A stretch of DNA of 63,892 nucleotides, filler included, from a bacterium (GCA_026985515.1; 6 parts of 6 records of this genome joined end to end with filler, not necessarily neighbours in it); one strand, 5' to 3'; shown: positions 48,265 to 60,865, numbered from the whole stretch's first letter. Translations and numbers: made by a program. Notes: a model not told the origin generated them from the letters alone.

Positions 48265-49688
48265 AAAATATTGTGGAAATAATCCTGATCCTCACATGGA
48301 TCCCTGTTGCTGTCATGTACTTTTCTCCCTCCGAACCCTCTCTCATTTCAGACTCTATTGACATCTCCTCCCTCACATCGGGGACAAGGTGGTGGCTCGT
48401 GCTCTACAGAAATAAAAAGATCGGGTACTCTTACCTGAAATTGATTCCAGAAGATGGAGACTATTCTGTGGAGGATTTTCTCTTCATGAAACTTACCACT
48501 TTTGGGAAACAGCAACTTCTCTATTCAAGATTAAAGGGCAAACTTTCCAAGGACCTGAGAATCATGACCTTTTCTTTCTCAATAACAACTCCCACAGGTA
48601 TTAACTTCAGCGGAGAGGGTAAATATGAGCATGGAAAGTTGCTCATAGATCTCAAAACGCCCTCCGGGAAAGAGACCATTTCCCTTCCCTCTCCAGAGGC
48701 ACCCTTCCTTCCAGATCTTGCATACGATCTTGTAAACAGGAAAAAGGTCAGAGTGGGAGAAAAATTTACCTTTCCCTTCTATGACCCCCTTCTGGGAAAG
48801 GAAGTTAACGGAACAATTGAGGTAGTTGAGGAGATCCCATACAGATACATGGGCAAAATAATAAGGGCATACAGGGTAAAGTTTGTCTATGGGAACACCC
48901 TCGTAACGGCAATTATCTCCCCCGAAATCGGGGTACTTGAGGAGGACTCGGGAGGAGGTTTTGTCCTGAAAAGGGTGACAAAAGAAGAGGCACTTGCTCC
49001 TCTTGAAAATGTTAATATCATCTGGTCAGTGGCAATTCCTTCAAATAAACCAATTTCAGAACCTGAAAAACTTACTGAGATATCCTACAAAATTTCAGGG
49101 ATAAATCTTCAGGAATTTGATCTTGATGGAGGAGTGCAGGACCTTGAAGACAACATTCTCATAATCCACAGAGCCTCCATTCCACGGAAGATCCAGCATC
49201 TCCCCCTGAAAAAATTACAAAACTACCTCGCAAGAACACCCTTTATTCAAACGGGTGCTCAGGAATTTCAGACAGTAGTAAAAAAGGTTGCAGGTGGCGA
49301 CGTTGTTGAAACTGCAAGAAATTTAAATCACTGGGTTTTTAAGTATCTGAAACAGGAACCAGTTGTATCTGTACCTTCTGCCCTTCAGGTTTTAAAGATG
49401 AAAAAGGGCGACTGCAACGAACATGCAGTTCTTCTTACAGCACTGCTTCGCACAGCTGGTATTCCTGCAAGAGAAGTGGCAGGGGTGGTTTATCAGAACG
49501 GTTACTTTTTCTATCATGCATGGGTTGAGGTCTTCCTTGGAAAATGGATTCCGGTTGATCCAACCTTTGATCAATTTCCTGCTGACGTTACCCATATAAG
49601 ATTCATAATTGGGGGTATAGAGAATCAGGTAAAGGTTCTGGACATGATAAACAGGGTAAAAATTGAAGTCCTTGATTACAGGAGATAG
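48249..49688 (+). CDS. Membrane-anchored transglutaminase-like domain protein
   Basis: N-terminal TM; triad GDCNEHA / YHAWVE / DPT. Confidence 0.9.
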   Translation: MGKKIKNIVEIILILTWIPVAVMYFSPSEPSLISDSIDISSLTSGTRWWLVLYRNKKIGYSYLKLIPEDGDYSVEDFLFMKLTTFGKQQLLYSRLKGKLSKDLRIMTFSFSITTPTGINFSGEGKYEHGKLLIDLKTPSGKETISLPSPEAPFLPDLAYDLVNRKKVRVGEKFTFPFYDPLLGKEVNGTIEVVEEIPYRYMGKIIRAYRVKFVYGNTLVTAIISPEIGVLEEDSGGGFVLKRVTKEEALAPLENVNIIWSVAIPSNKPISEPEKLTEISYKISGINLQEFDLDGGVQDLEDNILIIHRASIPRKIQHLPLKKLQNYLARTPFIQTGAQEFQTVVKKVAGGDVVETARNLNHWVFKYLKQEPVVSVPSALQVLKMKKGDCNEHAVLLTALLRTAGIPAREVAGVVYQNGYFFYHAWVEVFLGKWIPVDPTFDQFPADVTHIRFIIGGIENQVKVLDMINRVKIEVLDYRR

Positions 49689-49691
49689 GGG

Positions 49692-50213
49692 ATGAAAGAA
49701 ATAAGCCATCTGAAAGATGGAAGAGCAAACATGGTGGACATTGGCGAGAAAAATCCCACCGAAAGGATCGCAGTGGCAAGGGGAAGGATCAGGGTGGGAA
49801 AAGATACTCTGAAAAAAATTGAGGATTTTAAGATCACCAAGGGAAACGTCTATGAAACTGCCAGACTTGCTGGTATAATGGGTGCGAAGGAAACTCCACA
49901 TCTCATTCCACTCTGCCATCCAATTCCCTTAGAAAAAATAGAGATCATATTCTGGCCAGAAGAGGAAGAAGATTATGGTATAATAAACATTGAGAGCCTG
50001 GTCAAAACCCACTGGAAGACAGGAGTGGAAATGGAGGCACTGACAGCGGTCAGTATTGCAGCGCTGACGATCTATGATATGATCAAGGGAGTGGAAAAAG
50101 ACGCCGTCATTGAGGAAATCAAATTGATCTACAAGAGGGGTGGAAAAAGTGGAGAAATAAAATTGGGAGAATCCTTAATACTCAAAAAAAGTGAAAATCC
50201 AGAACTCAGGTAG
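49692..50213 (+). CDS. moaC: Cyclic pyranopterin monophosphate synthase
   Basis: MVDIGEK, LIPLCHP, TGVEMEALTA, IYDMIK. Confidence 0.96.
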   Translation: MKEISHLKDGRANMVDIGEKNPTERIAVARGRIRVGKDTLKKIEDFKITKGNVYETARLAGIMGAKETPHLIPLCHPIPLEKIEIIFWPEEEEDYGIINIESLVKTHWKTGVEMEALTAVSIAALTIYDMIKGVEKDAVIEEIKLIYKRGGKSGEIKLGESLILKKSENPELR

Positions 50214-50224
50214 GAGGGAGAAAA

Positions 50225-50569
50225 ATGGAAGAATGCATTTTCTGCAAGATTGCCAATCATGAGGTACAATCAGAAATTGTTTATGAAGATGAAAACTTCG
50301 TAGCCTTTAAAGACATAAATCCCCAGGCTCCGATCCACATCCTTATAATCCCCAGGAAACACATTCCCACAATTAATGACCTTTCTCCCGAAGACGTGGA
50401 ACTCGTGGGGAAAATGATACTTATTGCAAAGGATCTTGCCAGAAAATTTGAAATAGCAGAGAGGGGCTACAGGCTGGTCTTCAACTGCAACAGAGAGGCG
50501 GGACAGATGGTCTTTCACATCCATCTGCATCTTCTTGGTGGAAGAGCCATGGGCTGGCCACCGGGTTAA
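50225..50569 (+). CDS. hinT: Histidine triad nucleotide-binding protein
   Basis: CIFCKI, DINPQAP, HIHLHLLGG...WPPG. Confidence 0.94.
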   Translation: MEECIFCKIANHEVQSEIVYEDENFVAFKDINPQAPIHILIIPRKHIPTINDLSPEDVELVGKMILIAKDLARKFEIAERGYRLVFNCNREAGQMVFHIHLHLLGGRAMGWPPG

Positions 50570-53242
<2,673 letters not shown>

Positions 53243-53243
53243 T

Positions 53244-53894
53244 TCACTCCTCCCATCCTTCTTCACCTATCAGAGGAACAAAGACGCATGGAGAATCTTT
53301 CTCAATCTCATATTCATCACCCCTGCGTGTAACGATGTAAAGCACCTGGGAATATCTGGGTCCAACAGGTATAAGCAATTTCCCTCCTTCTGGGGAAAGT
53401 TGTTCCTTCAGGGGTTCGGGAATCTTTGGTGCCCCTGCAGTTACAATTATTCTATCATAAGGTGCAAACTCCTCCCATCCAAGGGTTCCATCACCTGTTT
53501 TAATTTTCACATTTTCATCACCCAGAGACTCAAGTACCTCTCGTGCTCTCTCCGCCAGCTGGGGAATCCTTTCTACAGAATATACCTCTTTTACAATTTC
53601 AGCCAGCAGAGCTGTCTGGTACCCTGACCCTGTACCTATCTCCAGAACCCTGTGGTGAGGTTCCAGCTCAGCCCTCTCAAGCATTATGGCCACCATGTAA
53701 GGCTGGGATATTGTCTGGCCATACCCTATTGGAAGTGGATAATCATTGTATGCCTCATCAAGATAGGCCCTGTCAACGAAAAGATGTCTCGGCACCTTCA
53801 AAAAAGCTTCAATAACTCTTCTGTCCTTTATTCCTCTTCTAATCAGCTGCTCCTGTACCATCCTTTCTCTCTGAACGGCAAACTTATCCTTCAT
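53244..53894 (-). CDS. pcm: Protein-L-isoaspartate O-methyltransferase
   Basis: VPRHLFV, GQTISQPYMVA, LEIGTGSGY, APYDRIIVTA, FVPLIG. Confidence 0.96.
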   Translation of the reverse strand: MKDKFAVQRERMVQEQLIRRGIKDRRVIEAFLKVPRHLFVDRAYLDEAYNDYPLPIGYGQTISQPYMVAIMLERAELEPHHRVLEIGTGSGYQTALLAEIVKEVYSVERIPQLAERAREVLESLGDENVKIKTGDGTLGWEEFAPYDRIIVTAGAPKIPEPLKEQLSPEGGKLLIPVGPRYSQVLYIVTRRGDEYEIEKDSPCVFVPLIGEEGWEE

Positions 53895-54082
53895 ACTTCT
53901 ATAAATTTTAGCAGGAAAAGGCAATACTTGCGAATATTTAAAAGTGGAAAACCTGTAATTCGGTAGTGTAAACTTTTATTCGCAAAAAAGTTGAGGTAGG
54001 ATTTTTTAATGAATAAAACTTGGTAGGACGATGAAGGGAGTTTTAAATCTCAGAGGGACTCAAATTAATAAAAATTGGAGGC

Positions 54083-54182
54083 NNNNNNNNNNNNNNNNNN
54101 NNNNNNNNNNNNNNNNNNNNNNNNNNTTAATTAATTAANNNNNNNNNNNNNNNNNNNNNNNNNNNNNNNNNNNNNNNNNNNN
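54083..54182. other. Artificial contig/scaffold spacer
   Basis: N44-TTAATTAATTAA-N44. Confidence 0.98.
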
Positions 54183-54184
54183 GA

Positions 54185-54862
54185 AAGCTAACTCTCTTTT
54201 ATGTCAGAAACAGAAGAGTTATCCAGACCATTCTGTTTCTTGCAATCTTTTTTCTTTTTATTTTCCTTTCACCGCAGATTCTAAATATTCCTTCTTTCAC
54301 ACCTTTTTACAGACCAGTTTTTCAAAGGGAAGGTATTGAAAAACTTAGAAAACCTAAAGAAACAAAAATAAAAATTGTAAGAAAGAGTAGAGGGAAACCC
54401 CATTCCCGTAAGGTTCCGGTAAAACAAAATATCAGAGAAAAAATTGAGATCAGGGAAGGTAAACTGAAGCTTGTGACATTCCCGTGGGCAGAAGTTTATA
54501 TTGATGGGAAGTATGTGGGGAAAACACCCTTTTTAGAGGAAATTTCACTGAAGGAGGGGAATCATACTTTGTCACTCAGAAATCCATACACTTTTCCTGT
54601 AACAATGCAAGTTACAATCAGAGGAGAGAAAGAGATCGAGAAGAGGGTAAGATTGGAATTTCTTCCCACTTATATTAAAATAATCGGTGAAAAAGGTGTG
54701 ACTTATTTTTTGAATGGAAGAAAACTCTCCGAGAATGAGCTTAACAGGTGGATAAAGAGTGGCAGGAAAATAGAGATAAAAGCTGAAAAAGAGGGTAAAG
54801 AAAAAAAGTGCAATTTCAGATTATTACCTGGCGAGAGAAAAGAAATTTTCTGTATACCTTAA
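54185..54862 (+). CDS. PEGA-domain membrane protein (partial; N-terminus in gap)
   Basis: Frame open from the gap: TM helix ILFLAIFFLFIFL, then GKLKLVTFPWAEVYIDGKYVGKTP (PEGA). Confidence 0.8.
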   Translation, partial: KLTLFYVRNRRVIQTILFLAIFFLFIFLSPQILNIPSFTPFYRPVFQREGIEKLRKPKETKIKIVRKSRGKPHSRKVPVKQNIREKIEIREGKLKLVTFPWAEVYIDGKYVGKTPFLEEISLKEGNHTLSLRNPYTFPVTMQVTIRGEKEIEKRVRLEFLPTYIKIIGEKGVTYFLNGRKLSENELNRWIKSGRKIEIKAEKEGKEKKCNFRLLPGERKEIFCIP

Positions 54863-55554
54863 TATTTTTACTTATTTTGCCTCTCTCTCTCCACAGTTAC
54901 AGCGGAAAAGAAACCACTTCTACCAGAAATTATGCATATTTTTATCAGCTTGGTATCTTTTCTTATGAGCATGGTGATTATGCCAGGGCAGTAACTTTTT
55001 TTACAGAAGCTCTTGCAAAAAAAACTCCATTAAAAGTGAAGAAAAAGTGTTACGAATATCTGGGAATAATCTATTTTATTCAGGGTGATAAGGAAAAAAG
55101 CAGAGAATTTTTCATGTCACTTCTTGACATTGATCCGGATTATTCACTCGATCCACTGTTCGTACCACCGGAGATTGTCCTTTTTTTCAATGACTTGAAA
55201 TCAAAAAGAGGACAGATTGTTGCACTGTCAACACCTTCTCCAGTTTCTTCAGCTACGAAACAAGCCTCTCTCTGGAAAAAAATCTCTCCCTATCTTCCCT
55301 TTGGTGTGGGTTATCTTGCCCGGGGAAAGAGGAAAAAAGCAATAATTTTTGGAATTGTTCAGGCCTTTCTCCTTGTCACCAATATTTCAACTTACTATTA
55401 CAGAAGGTGCGAATTGAAGAAGTGCAGTGATAAATATTATCCTCCTGATGTGATTGGAGAGGCGAAGACTCTCCAGATAATTCAGCTAAGTGCAGGATAT
55501 CTCTGGCTTGGAATCTGGGCATATAATATTGCAGACATCTTAACTGGAGAATGA
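54808..55554 (+). CDS. TPR-repeat exported protein
   Basis: YEHGDYARAV, YEYLGIIYF...LLDIDPDYSLDPLFVPP; C-terminal LPFGVG hydrophobic region; start uncertain. Confidence 0.78.
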   Translation: MQFQIITWREKRNFLYTLIFLLILPLSLHSYSGKETTSTRNYAYFYQLGIFSYEHGDYARAVTFFTEALAKKTPLKVKKKCYEYLGIIYFIQGDKEKSREFFMSLLDIDPDYSLDPLFVPPEIVLFFNDLKSKRGQIVALSTPSPVSSATKQASLWKKISPYLPFGVGYLARGKRKKAIIFGIVQAFLLVTNISTYYYRRCELKKCSDKYYPPDVIGEAKTLQIIQLSAGYLWLGIWAYNIADILTGE

Positions 55555-55555
55555 A

Positions 55556-56827
55556 ATGGATTTTCTGAATCTGATTGTAAAATTTGTTATTGCAACCCTT
55601 CTTGGTTCTCTTATAGGACTCGAGAGGCAATTTGCGGTTCGTAGATTTGCCGATGAGTCTGATAGAGGTTATGTTGGAATAAGAACCTTCAGTTTTTACT
55701 CCCTGCTTGGTGCCATAGCAGAATATCTTGGCAACAGGTATGGTGTCTCAATCGTTATAGCAAGTTTTTCAGGATTGCTTGTATTTATTGCAGGATATTA
55801 CTACTTCACAGCAACAATGCTAAAGGACAGGGGCATAACAACAGAGGTGAGCAGTCTGATAACCTTCTGGCTCGGTGTTTTAGTTGTTGATGGAGAAATA
55901 ACCCTTGCAGTTACCATAGCCGTCATAGTAACCTTTCTCCTTTCCCTGAAGCCCCGAACAGAGAAACTGATAAAAAAGATAACAGAAGATGAGCTCTTCG
56001 CTATTCTTGAATTTGTTCTCGTATCATTTGTTATTCTGCCAATTTTACCCAATAAGGGTTATGGTCCATATGCTTTTTTTAATCCGTATGAAATATGGCT
56101 TTTCGTTGTCCTGATTCTGGGAGTGAGTTTTGCCGGTTACATTGCAATAAGAATCATAGGACCTCAGAGGGGGATTGGGGTTACCTCACTCCTTGGTGGA
56201 CTTGCTTCAAGCACTGCTGTTACTGTGAGTTTTGCGAGAAGATCCGTTGAGGAAGAGGAACTGTCACCTGCCTTTGCAATGGGAGTGATACTTGCTTCAT
56301 CCATAATGTTCTTCAGAATGATTATAATCATTTGGGTTATAAATGAAGAACTGATGAAAAGTGTCCTTTTTCCTCTAACTTTTATCGGCCTGGTGGGGGT
56401 CGCTTTCTCTGCTTTCCTTTACTTTAAAAAAAGAGTTTCATCACCAGAAAAAAGTGAAATTAAGCTTTCAAACCCATTCAGACTCTCTCAGGGAATTTAC
56501 ATTGGTGTTCTTTATTCATTGATAATCTATCTTGTTGAGTGGGGTAAACACAGATGGGGTGCCAGTGGTGTAACCTGGATAAGTTTCATATCTGGTTTGC
56601 CCGATGTTGATGCCATAACACTTTCCCTCTCAAAACTCGGAGGAGAAAAGATTTCACTATCTCTCGCCACAAAAGGAATTGTCATTGCATCAATTGCCAA
56701 TTCCATAACTAAAATGTTCCTTGCCCTCCTCCTGGGAAGTAAAGAAATGAGAAAAATTTCAGCGGCTGGATTTATTCTTCTTATTATTGCCGGGTTAATC
56801 AGCCTTTACTTCTTCATTCCTGGTTAA
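55556..56827 (+). CDS. MgtC/SapB family + DUF4010 membrane protein
   Basis: GSLIGLER, GIRTF, GITTE, LGGLASSTAVT, SGLPDVDAI. Confidence 0.9.
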   Translation: MDFLNLIVKFVIATLLGSLIGLERQFAVRRFADESDRGYVGIRTFSFYSLLGAIAEYLGNRYGVSIVIASFSGLLVFIAGYYYFTATMLKDRGITTEVSSLITFWLGVLVVDGEITLAVTIAVIVTFLLSLKPRTEKLIKKITEDELFAILEFVLVSFVILPILPNKGYGPYAFFNPYEIWLFVVLILGVSFAGYIAIRIIGPQRGIGVTSLLGGLASSTAVTVSFARRSVEEEELSPAFAMGVILASSIMFFRMIIIIWVINEELMKSVLFPLTFIGLVGVAFSAFLYFKKRVSSPEKSEIKLSNPFRLSQGIYIGVLYSLIIYLVEWGKHRWGASGVTWISFISGLPDVDAITLSLSKLGGEKISLSLATKGIVIASIANSITKMFLALLLGSKEMRKISAAGFILLIIAGLISLYFFIPG

Positions 56828-57164
56828 TGGGGATATCTCCCCCTTCTTTTTGTTCCCTTTTTTCTGTTTTTAAAATCTTCGCAACATCCTCGAGATTTCT
56901 TGCAATATCAAAAATAACCACAGTTATCTCGAGCCACACCCTCGTACCCGTGACAAGGATGAGAAAAATTATCGGTGAAATAATAAGGTAAAGAATACCA
57001 GCCAGAAAAGAGATGCTGAAGCCATCAACAATAAATGCCAAGGTAAAAAGGGAAATTAAAATTATGGCAAGCATATATATCAAACTGGCAAGTCTAACGG
57101 TTATGAACTCTTTAAATTCAAAATCAAACAAAGATTTCCAGAATGATTCTTTCTGGTTATTCAT
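56814..57164 (-). CDS. DUF4282 family membrane protein
   Basis: LFDFEFKEFITVRL...RVWLE..VVIFDIA; SD GGAGG. Confidence 0.85.
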   Translation of the reverse strand: MNNQKESFWKSLFDFEFKEFITVRLASLIYMLAIILISLFTLAFIVDGFSISFLAGILYLIISPIIFLILVTGTRVWLEITVVIFDIARNLEDVAKILKTEKREQKEGGDIPINQE

Positions 57165-57233
57165 ATTGACCTCCACTGTTTTAAAGGTTATACTGGTTTT
57201 AGTATAACCGATTAACACGAGGTGAGTCAAGCA

Positions 57234-57536
57234 ATGAAAAAAGCCCCCGAAGAACTTGGTAAAGAAACAAGATGGTGTCAGAGAGGAGGTATAACTGGAA
57301 TAACTTTTGAGCTTAAGAAGGGTGCAGTTATAGCAGAACTTTTGAATGAAGAGGAAAGAGTGTGTTTCTATGTTGAAAAGGGTACAGTGGAACTGGAGTA
57401 TTCTCTTCCATCTTCCGGAAAGAAAATTATTCGACTGAGCAATGGAGACAGTTTCTACCTCTTACCCGCTACGGAATACAGACTCCAGTCAATTTCAAAG
57501 TCCAGAATCATATTTATCAAAGTATCATCTCAATGA
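57234..57536 (+). CDS. Cupin-fold protein
   Basis: FYVEKGTVEL...LSNGDSFYLLP; lacks metal-binding His. Confidence 0.7.
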   Translation: MKKAPEELGKETRWCQRGGITGITFELKKGAVIAELLNEEERVCFYVEKGTVELEYSLPSSGKKIIRLSNGDSFYLLPATEYRLQSISKSRIIFIKVSSQ

Positions 57537-58498
57537 GATTTCCAGAGATCAAATTTGCGGGCAGACAAATATTTCAATTTCTCCTGGGACTCATATTGAG
57601 TATAGTATTCCTCTACCTTGCTTTAAAAGGTACAGACTGGGAAATGGTTCTGCACTACCTAAAAAAAGTCAGGATCTGGAATCTCCTTATTTCACTTTTT
57701 TCTCTGCTGATCCATTTTTATATCAGGACTATCAGGTGGAAATTCATTAATGGCAAAATTGGTACTGTAACATTCAGGACATCATTTACTTCAATCATGC
57801 TTGGTTATTTTTTCAATAACTTGCTTCCCTTCAGAATAGGAGAGATAGTGAAAGTATCTGTTGTTACAGGTAAATCTAAAAAAATTTCCTTTACATCTGG
57901 CCTTGCGGCTCTGATAGTTGAAAGGGGAATGGATATATTTACCCTTCTGTTGATCTTCACACTCATACTTCCATGGATTAAAATTTCACAGACAATAAAA
58001 GAGAAAATGATTTTTGCACTGTATATAGTTATTGGAATTTTCATTGTTCTGGTTTTTCTATCGCGTAAAATTTCAACAGATGTTTCTGAAGAGAATGGCG
58101 GCATTCCAGCAGGTAAACTAAAACTGTTTGCCCATGGTTTAAAAAGTATCTCAACTTTTAAAGATTTTATGATTGTCATACTTCTCTCCCTTCTTCTCTG
58201 GCCATTTTCTGCTCTCTACTATTATTTTTTGCTGATCGGGGTAGGAATAAATCTTCCCTATGTGGTGTCCCTGCTTCTTCCAATTATTGTTGGAATGGGG
58301 ATCATTCTTCCATCGGCACCAGGTTACATAGGTACATATGAGTACTTTATACTTCTCGTGCTTAATGTCTACCATATTGAGCACAATCAGGCACTGGCAG
58401 CTGCACTTGTTATCCACTTCTGGCAGTATCTGATAATCCTGATAATTGGAATAATTTTACTGATGAAAGAGTCCCTCACATTCCGTAGCAGGAGTTAG
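57533..58498 (+). CDS. Lysylphosphatidylglycerol synthase TM domain / flippase-like (UPF0104) protein
   Basis: RTIRW, NNLLPFRIGE, ERGMD, PSAPGYIGTYE. Confidence 0.9.
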   Translation: MRFPEIKFAGRQIFQFLLGLILSIVFLYLALKGTDWEMVLHYLKKVRIWNLLISLFSLLIHFYIRTIRWKFINGKIGTVTFRTSFTSIMLGYFFNNLLPFRIGEIVKVSVVTGKSKKISFTSGLAALIVERGMDIFTLLLIFTLILPWIKISQTIKEKMIFALYIVIGIFIVLVFLSRKISTDVSEENGGIPAGKLKLFAHGLKSISTFKDFMIVILLSLLLWPFSALYYYFLLIGVGINLPYVVSLLLPIIVGMGIILPSAPGYIGTYEYFILLVLNVYHIEHNQALAAALVIHFWQYLIILIIGIILLMKESLTFRSRS

Positions 58499-58562
58499 TA
58501 TTTTGTACATTGTATACAATTAGTGAAAAAACCATTTAAATTCAGGCAAGTATACTTTTCAT

Positions 58563-58590
58563 TTGACAAACAACCCGCCATTTGTAAAAT
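58563..58590 (+). promoter_or_regulatory. sigma70 promoter of the Mrp/Mbh-type operon
   Basis: TTGACA-16 nt-TAAAAT. Confidence 0.6.
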
Positions 58591-58618
58591 TATAACCTAA
58601 TTCACCGAGAGGTAATTG

Positions 58619-59107
58619 ATGAGATTGCTTTTATCAACCCTTGTTTTATTCCTTTTGTGGATGATGTTTGTTGCATCTCTCGATCCCCAGGAGATAGTTA
58701 CCGGTTTGTTTGTTGCTTTTTTTACATCGCTCATTACAGGGTCAGTAATTGCAGGGAAAGAACCTTTAAAATGGCTATCTCCCAAAAGATGGTTTTATTT
58801 CTTTCTTTTCGCTCTCTATTTCATAAAGGAACTCACTCTTGCAAATCTTGATGTTGCTTACAGGGTAATTCATCCACGCCTGCCAATTAATCCAGGAATT
58901 GTTCGTGTAAAAACAAAACTTAAAACACCCATTGCAAAACTTGTCCTTGCAAATTCCATAACGATGACTCCCGGGACAATAACAGTTGATGTTCATGGTG
59001 ACACGCTCTACATTCACTGGATTGATGTAAAGGGTAAAGATGTTGAAACAGCAACGAAAAATATAGTAGAAGGTTTTGAAAAGTATCTGGAGGTAATCTT
59101 TGAATAG
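58619..59107 (+). CDS. mnhE: Na+/H+ antiporter subunit E (MbhA-like)
   Basis: ANLDVA, INPGIV, ANSITMTPGT, LYIHWI. Confidence 0.93.
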   Translation: MRLLLSTLVLFLLWMMFVASLDPQEIVTGLFVAFFTSLITGSVIAGKEPLKWLSPKRWFYFFLFALYFIKELTLANLDVAYRVIHPRLPINPGIVRVKTKLKTPIAKLVLANSITMTPGTITVDVHGDTLYIHWIDVKGKDVETATKNIVEGFEKYLEVIFE

Positions 59108-59369
59108 TTTACCATTGTGGCTTGAGATTACAGTAGGAGTGTTTATAGGACTGGCAACACTCATGGCTGTGTGGAGAATCATAAGGGGTCCAACCCTTTC
59201 AGACAGAGTTGTTGGGCTTGATGCAGCTACCACCATCACAATGGTACTCCTGGTGATGATTGGATTCTTCTCCAACAGATATATATATCTGGATGTTTCC
59301 CTTGTATATGGAGTTCTTGCATTCCTGGGCGTTGTTGCAATTGCGAGGTATTTTGAAGGGGGCGTGTAG
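59100..59369 (+). CDS. mnhF: Na+/H+ antiporter subunit F (MbhB-like)
   Basis: RIIRGPTLSDRVVGLD. Confidence 0.92.
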   Translation: MNSLPLWLEITVGVFIGLATLMAVWRIIRGPTLSDRVVGLDAATTITMVLLVMIGFFSNRYIYLDVSLVYGVLAFLGVVAIARYFEGGV

Positions 59370-59701
59370 TGAAAATAGTGGGAGAAATCTTTCTCATAAT
59401 TGGATCACTTTTCCTCTTTCTCTCTGCTCTTGGTCTTCTTCGAATGCCTGATGTCTACAATAGAATGCAGGCGGGGACAAAGGGAACTACATTTGGAGCG
59501 TTTTTTTCAATTCTTGGTGTGATGGCCATGAGACCGGAGTGGTTCTTGAAGGGTTTGAGCATCATTATATTTATTCTTCTTACCAATCCTCTTTCTTCAC
59601 ACGCACTCCTGAGAGCCACTCACAGGCTCGGAGTGCCACTGGCAAAAAAGGCAATTGATGCATATGCGGAAGACAAAGAGAAGGGGATAGTGGAGAAATG
59701 A
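59369..59701 (+). CDS. mnhG: Na+/H+ antiporter subunit G (MbhC-like)
   Basis: GLLRMPDVYNRMQAGTK, LTNPLSSHAL. Confidence 0.93.
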   Translation: MKIVGEIFLIIGSLFLFLSALGLLRMPDVYNRMQAGTKGTTFGAFFSILGVMAMRPEWFLKGLSIIIFILLTNPLSSHALLRATHRLGVPLAKKAIDAYAEDKEKGIVEK

Positions 59702-59958
59702 ATTTTCTACAATCACCATTGAGTCCTGTAGTAACTTTACTTTCAATCCTTGCAATGGGGCTTGCTCTTCTTGCAATATATCTTAAGGATCTACTTGCAG
59801 CCTCTGTTGCAGCGGGTTTCATAAGTCTCGTTGCATCTATCATCTTTCTTTATCTCCAGGCACCTGATGTTGCCATGACTGAAGCAGCAATTGGGGCAGG
59901 AATCACAACGGTGGTTTTTATAATAGCAGTGAGAAAAACTGAAAGGTATGAAAAATGA
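59698..59958 (+). CDS. DUF4040 / MbhD-like antiporter subunit
   Basis: LQAPDVAMTEAAIGAG. Confidence 0.9.
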   Translation: MNFLQSPLSPVVTLLSILAMGLALLAIYLKDLLAASVAAGFISLVASIIFLYLQAPDVAMTEAAIGAGITTVVFIIAVRKTERYEK

Positions 59959-60653
59959 ATGTGATACTTGCACTGCTGGTAGTATTGGGTCTCGGTTATT
60001 TCTTTGAGTTTGTTTTACGACCATTTCCGTTTGGGATGGAGCAGTTGCCTCAGGTGGCGTATCTTTATATCCGAGATGGTTTGAAAGACAACAACGCAGC
60101 AAATCTTGTCACATCAATTGTGGTTAATTACAGAGGATTTGATACTCTTGGTGAAGTAACGGTGCTGTTTCTTGCTGCAAGTGGAGTTGCATTTCTGCTT
60201 TCAATGTGCAGATGCTTGAGACCCATAAAGAGACATGAGTCAAGTGAAATTATTAAGACTTCTACAAGTTACCTTTATCCTTCACTCATTGTTTTCGGTG
60301 CCTATATATTCATACATGGACACCTGACTCCGGGTGGTGGTTTTCAGGGTGGTGCAGTGATAGCTTCTGCAGTAATGTATATGTTTCTTGCTTTTCTTGA
60401 TTTTCATCCTTCACATTCTGCATTGAGCGTAACGGAAAGTCTTGCAGGTCTTGCTTTTGTTGGTCTCGGTCTGTGGGGATTGTGGGCTGGAGGAAGCTTC
60501 CTCGCCAATATTCTTCCGAAAGGTGAGTGGAACAGAATAATTTCTGCAGGTGTTATTCCTCTGATATATATTGCCATTGGATTTAAAGTGGGTTCAGAGC
60601 TTTCCGCTTTGCTTTCAGACATGATTACTTCAGCAAGGGAGAAGAAAGAATGA
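59955..60653 (+). CDS. mnhB: Na+/H+ antiporter subunit B (MbhE+F-like fusion)
   Basis: NLVTSIVVNYRGFDTLGEVTVLF and HGHLTPGGGFQGG. Confidence 0.92.
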   Translation: MNVILALLVVLGLGYFFEFVLRPFPFGMEQLPQVAYLYIRDGLKDNNAANLVTSIVVNYRGFDTLGEVTVLFLAASGVAFLLSMCRCLRPIKRHESSEIIKTSTSYLYPSLIVFGAYIFIHGHLTPGGGFQGGAVIASAVMYMFLAFLDFHPSHSALSVTESLAGLAFVGLGLWGLWAGGSFLANILPKGEWNRIISAGVIPLIYIAIGFKVGSELSALLSDMITSAREKKE

Positions 60654-60765
60654 TCATATATTTCACTGCTGTTTTTCTGATTCTTGTGGGTTTTTACACA
60701 ATATTCACGAGAAGAAATATGCTGAAAATCTTAATTGGATTATCAATTTCTGACACCGGCGTAAA
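60650..60765 (+). CDS. mnhC: Na+/H+ antiporter subunit C (partial; absent from ORF track)
   Basis: MIIYFTAVFLILVGFYTIFTRRNMLKILIGLSISDTGV; ATGA-coupled to mnhB. Confidence 0.85.
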
Positions 60766-60865
60766 NNNNNNNNNNNNNNNNNNNNNNNNNNNNNNNNNNN
60801 NNNNNNNNNTTAATTAATTAANNNNNNNNNNNNNNNNNNNNNNNNNNNNNNNNNNNNNNNNNNNN
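60766..60865. other. Artificial contig/scaffold spacer
   Basis: N44-TTAATTAATTAA-N44. Confidence 0.98.

Noticed and set aside
54076-54082. TGGAGGC at the contig end as the 3' end of a minus-strand tRNA (GCCTCCA, Cys-like)
   Set aside because: Only 7 nt visible; equally an SD sequence. Cannot be supported.
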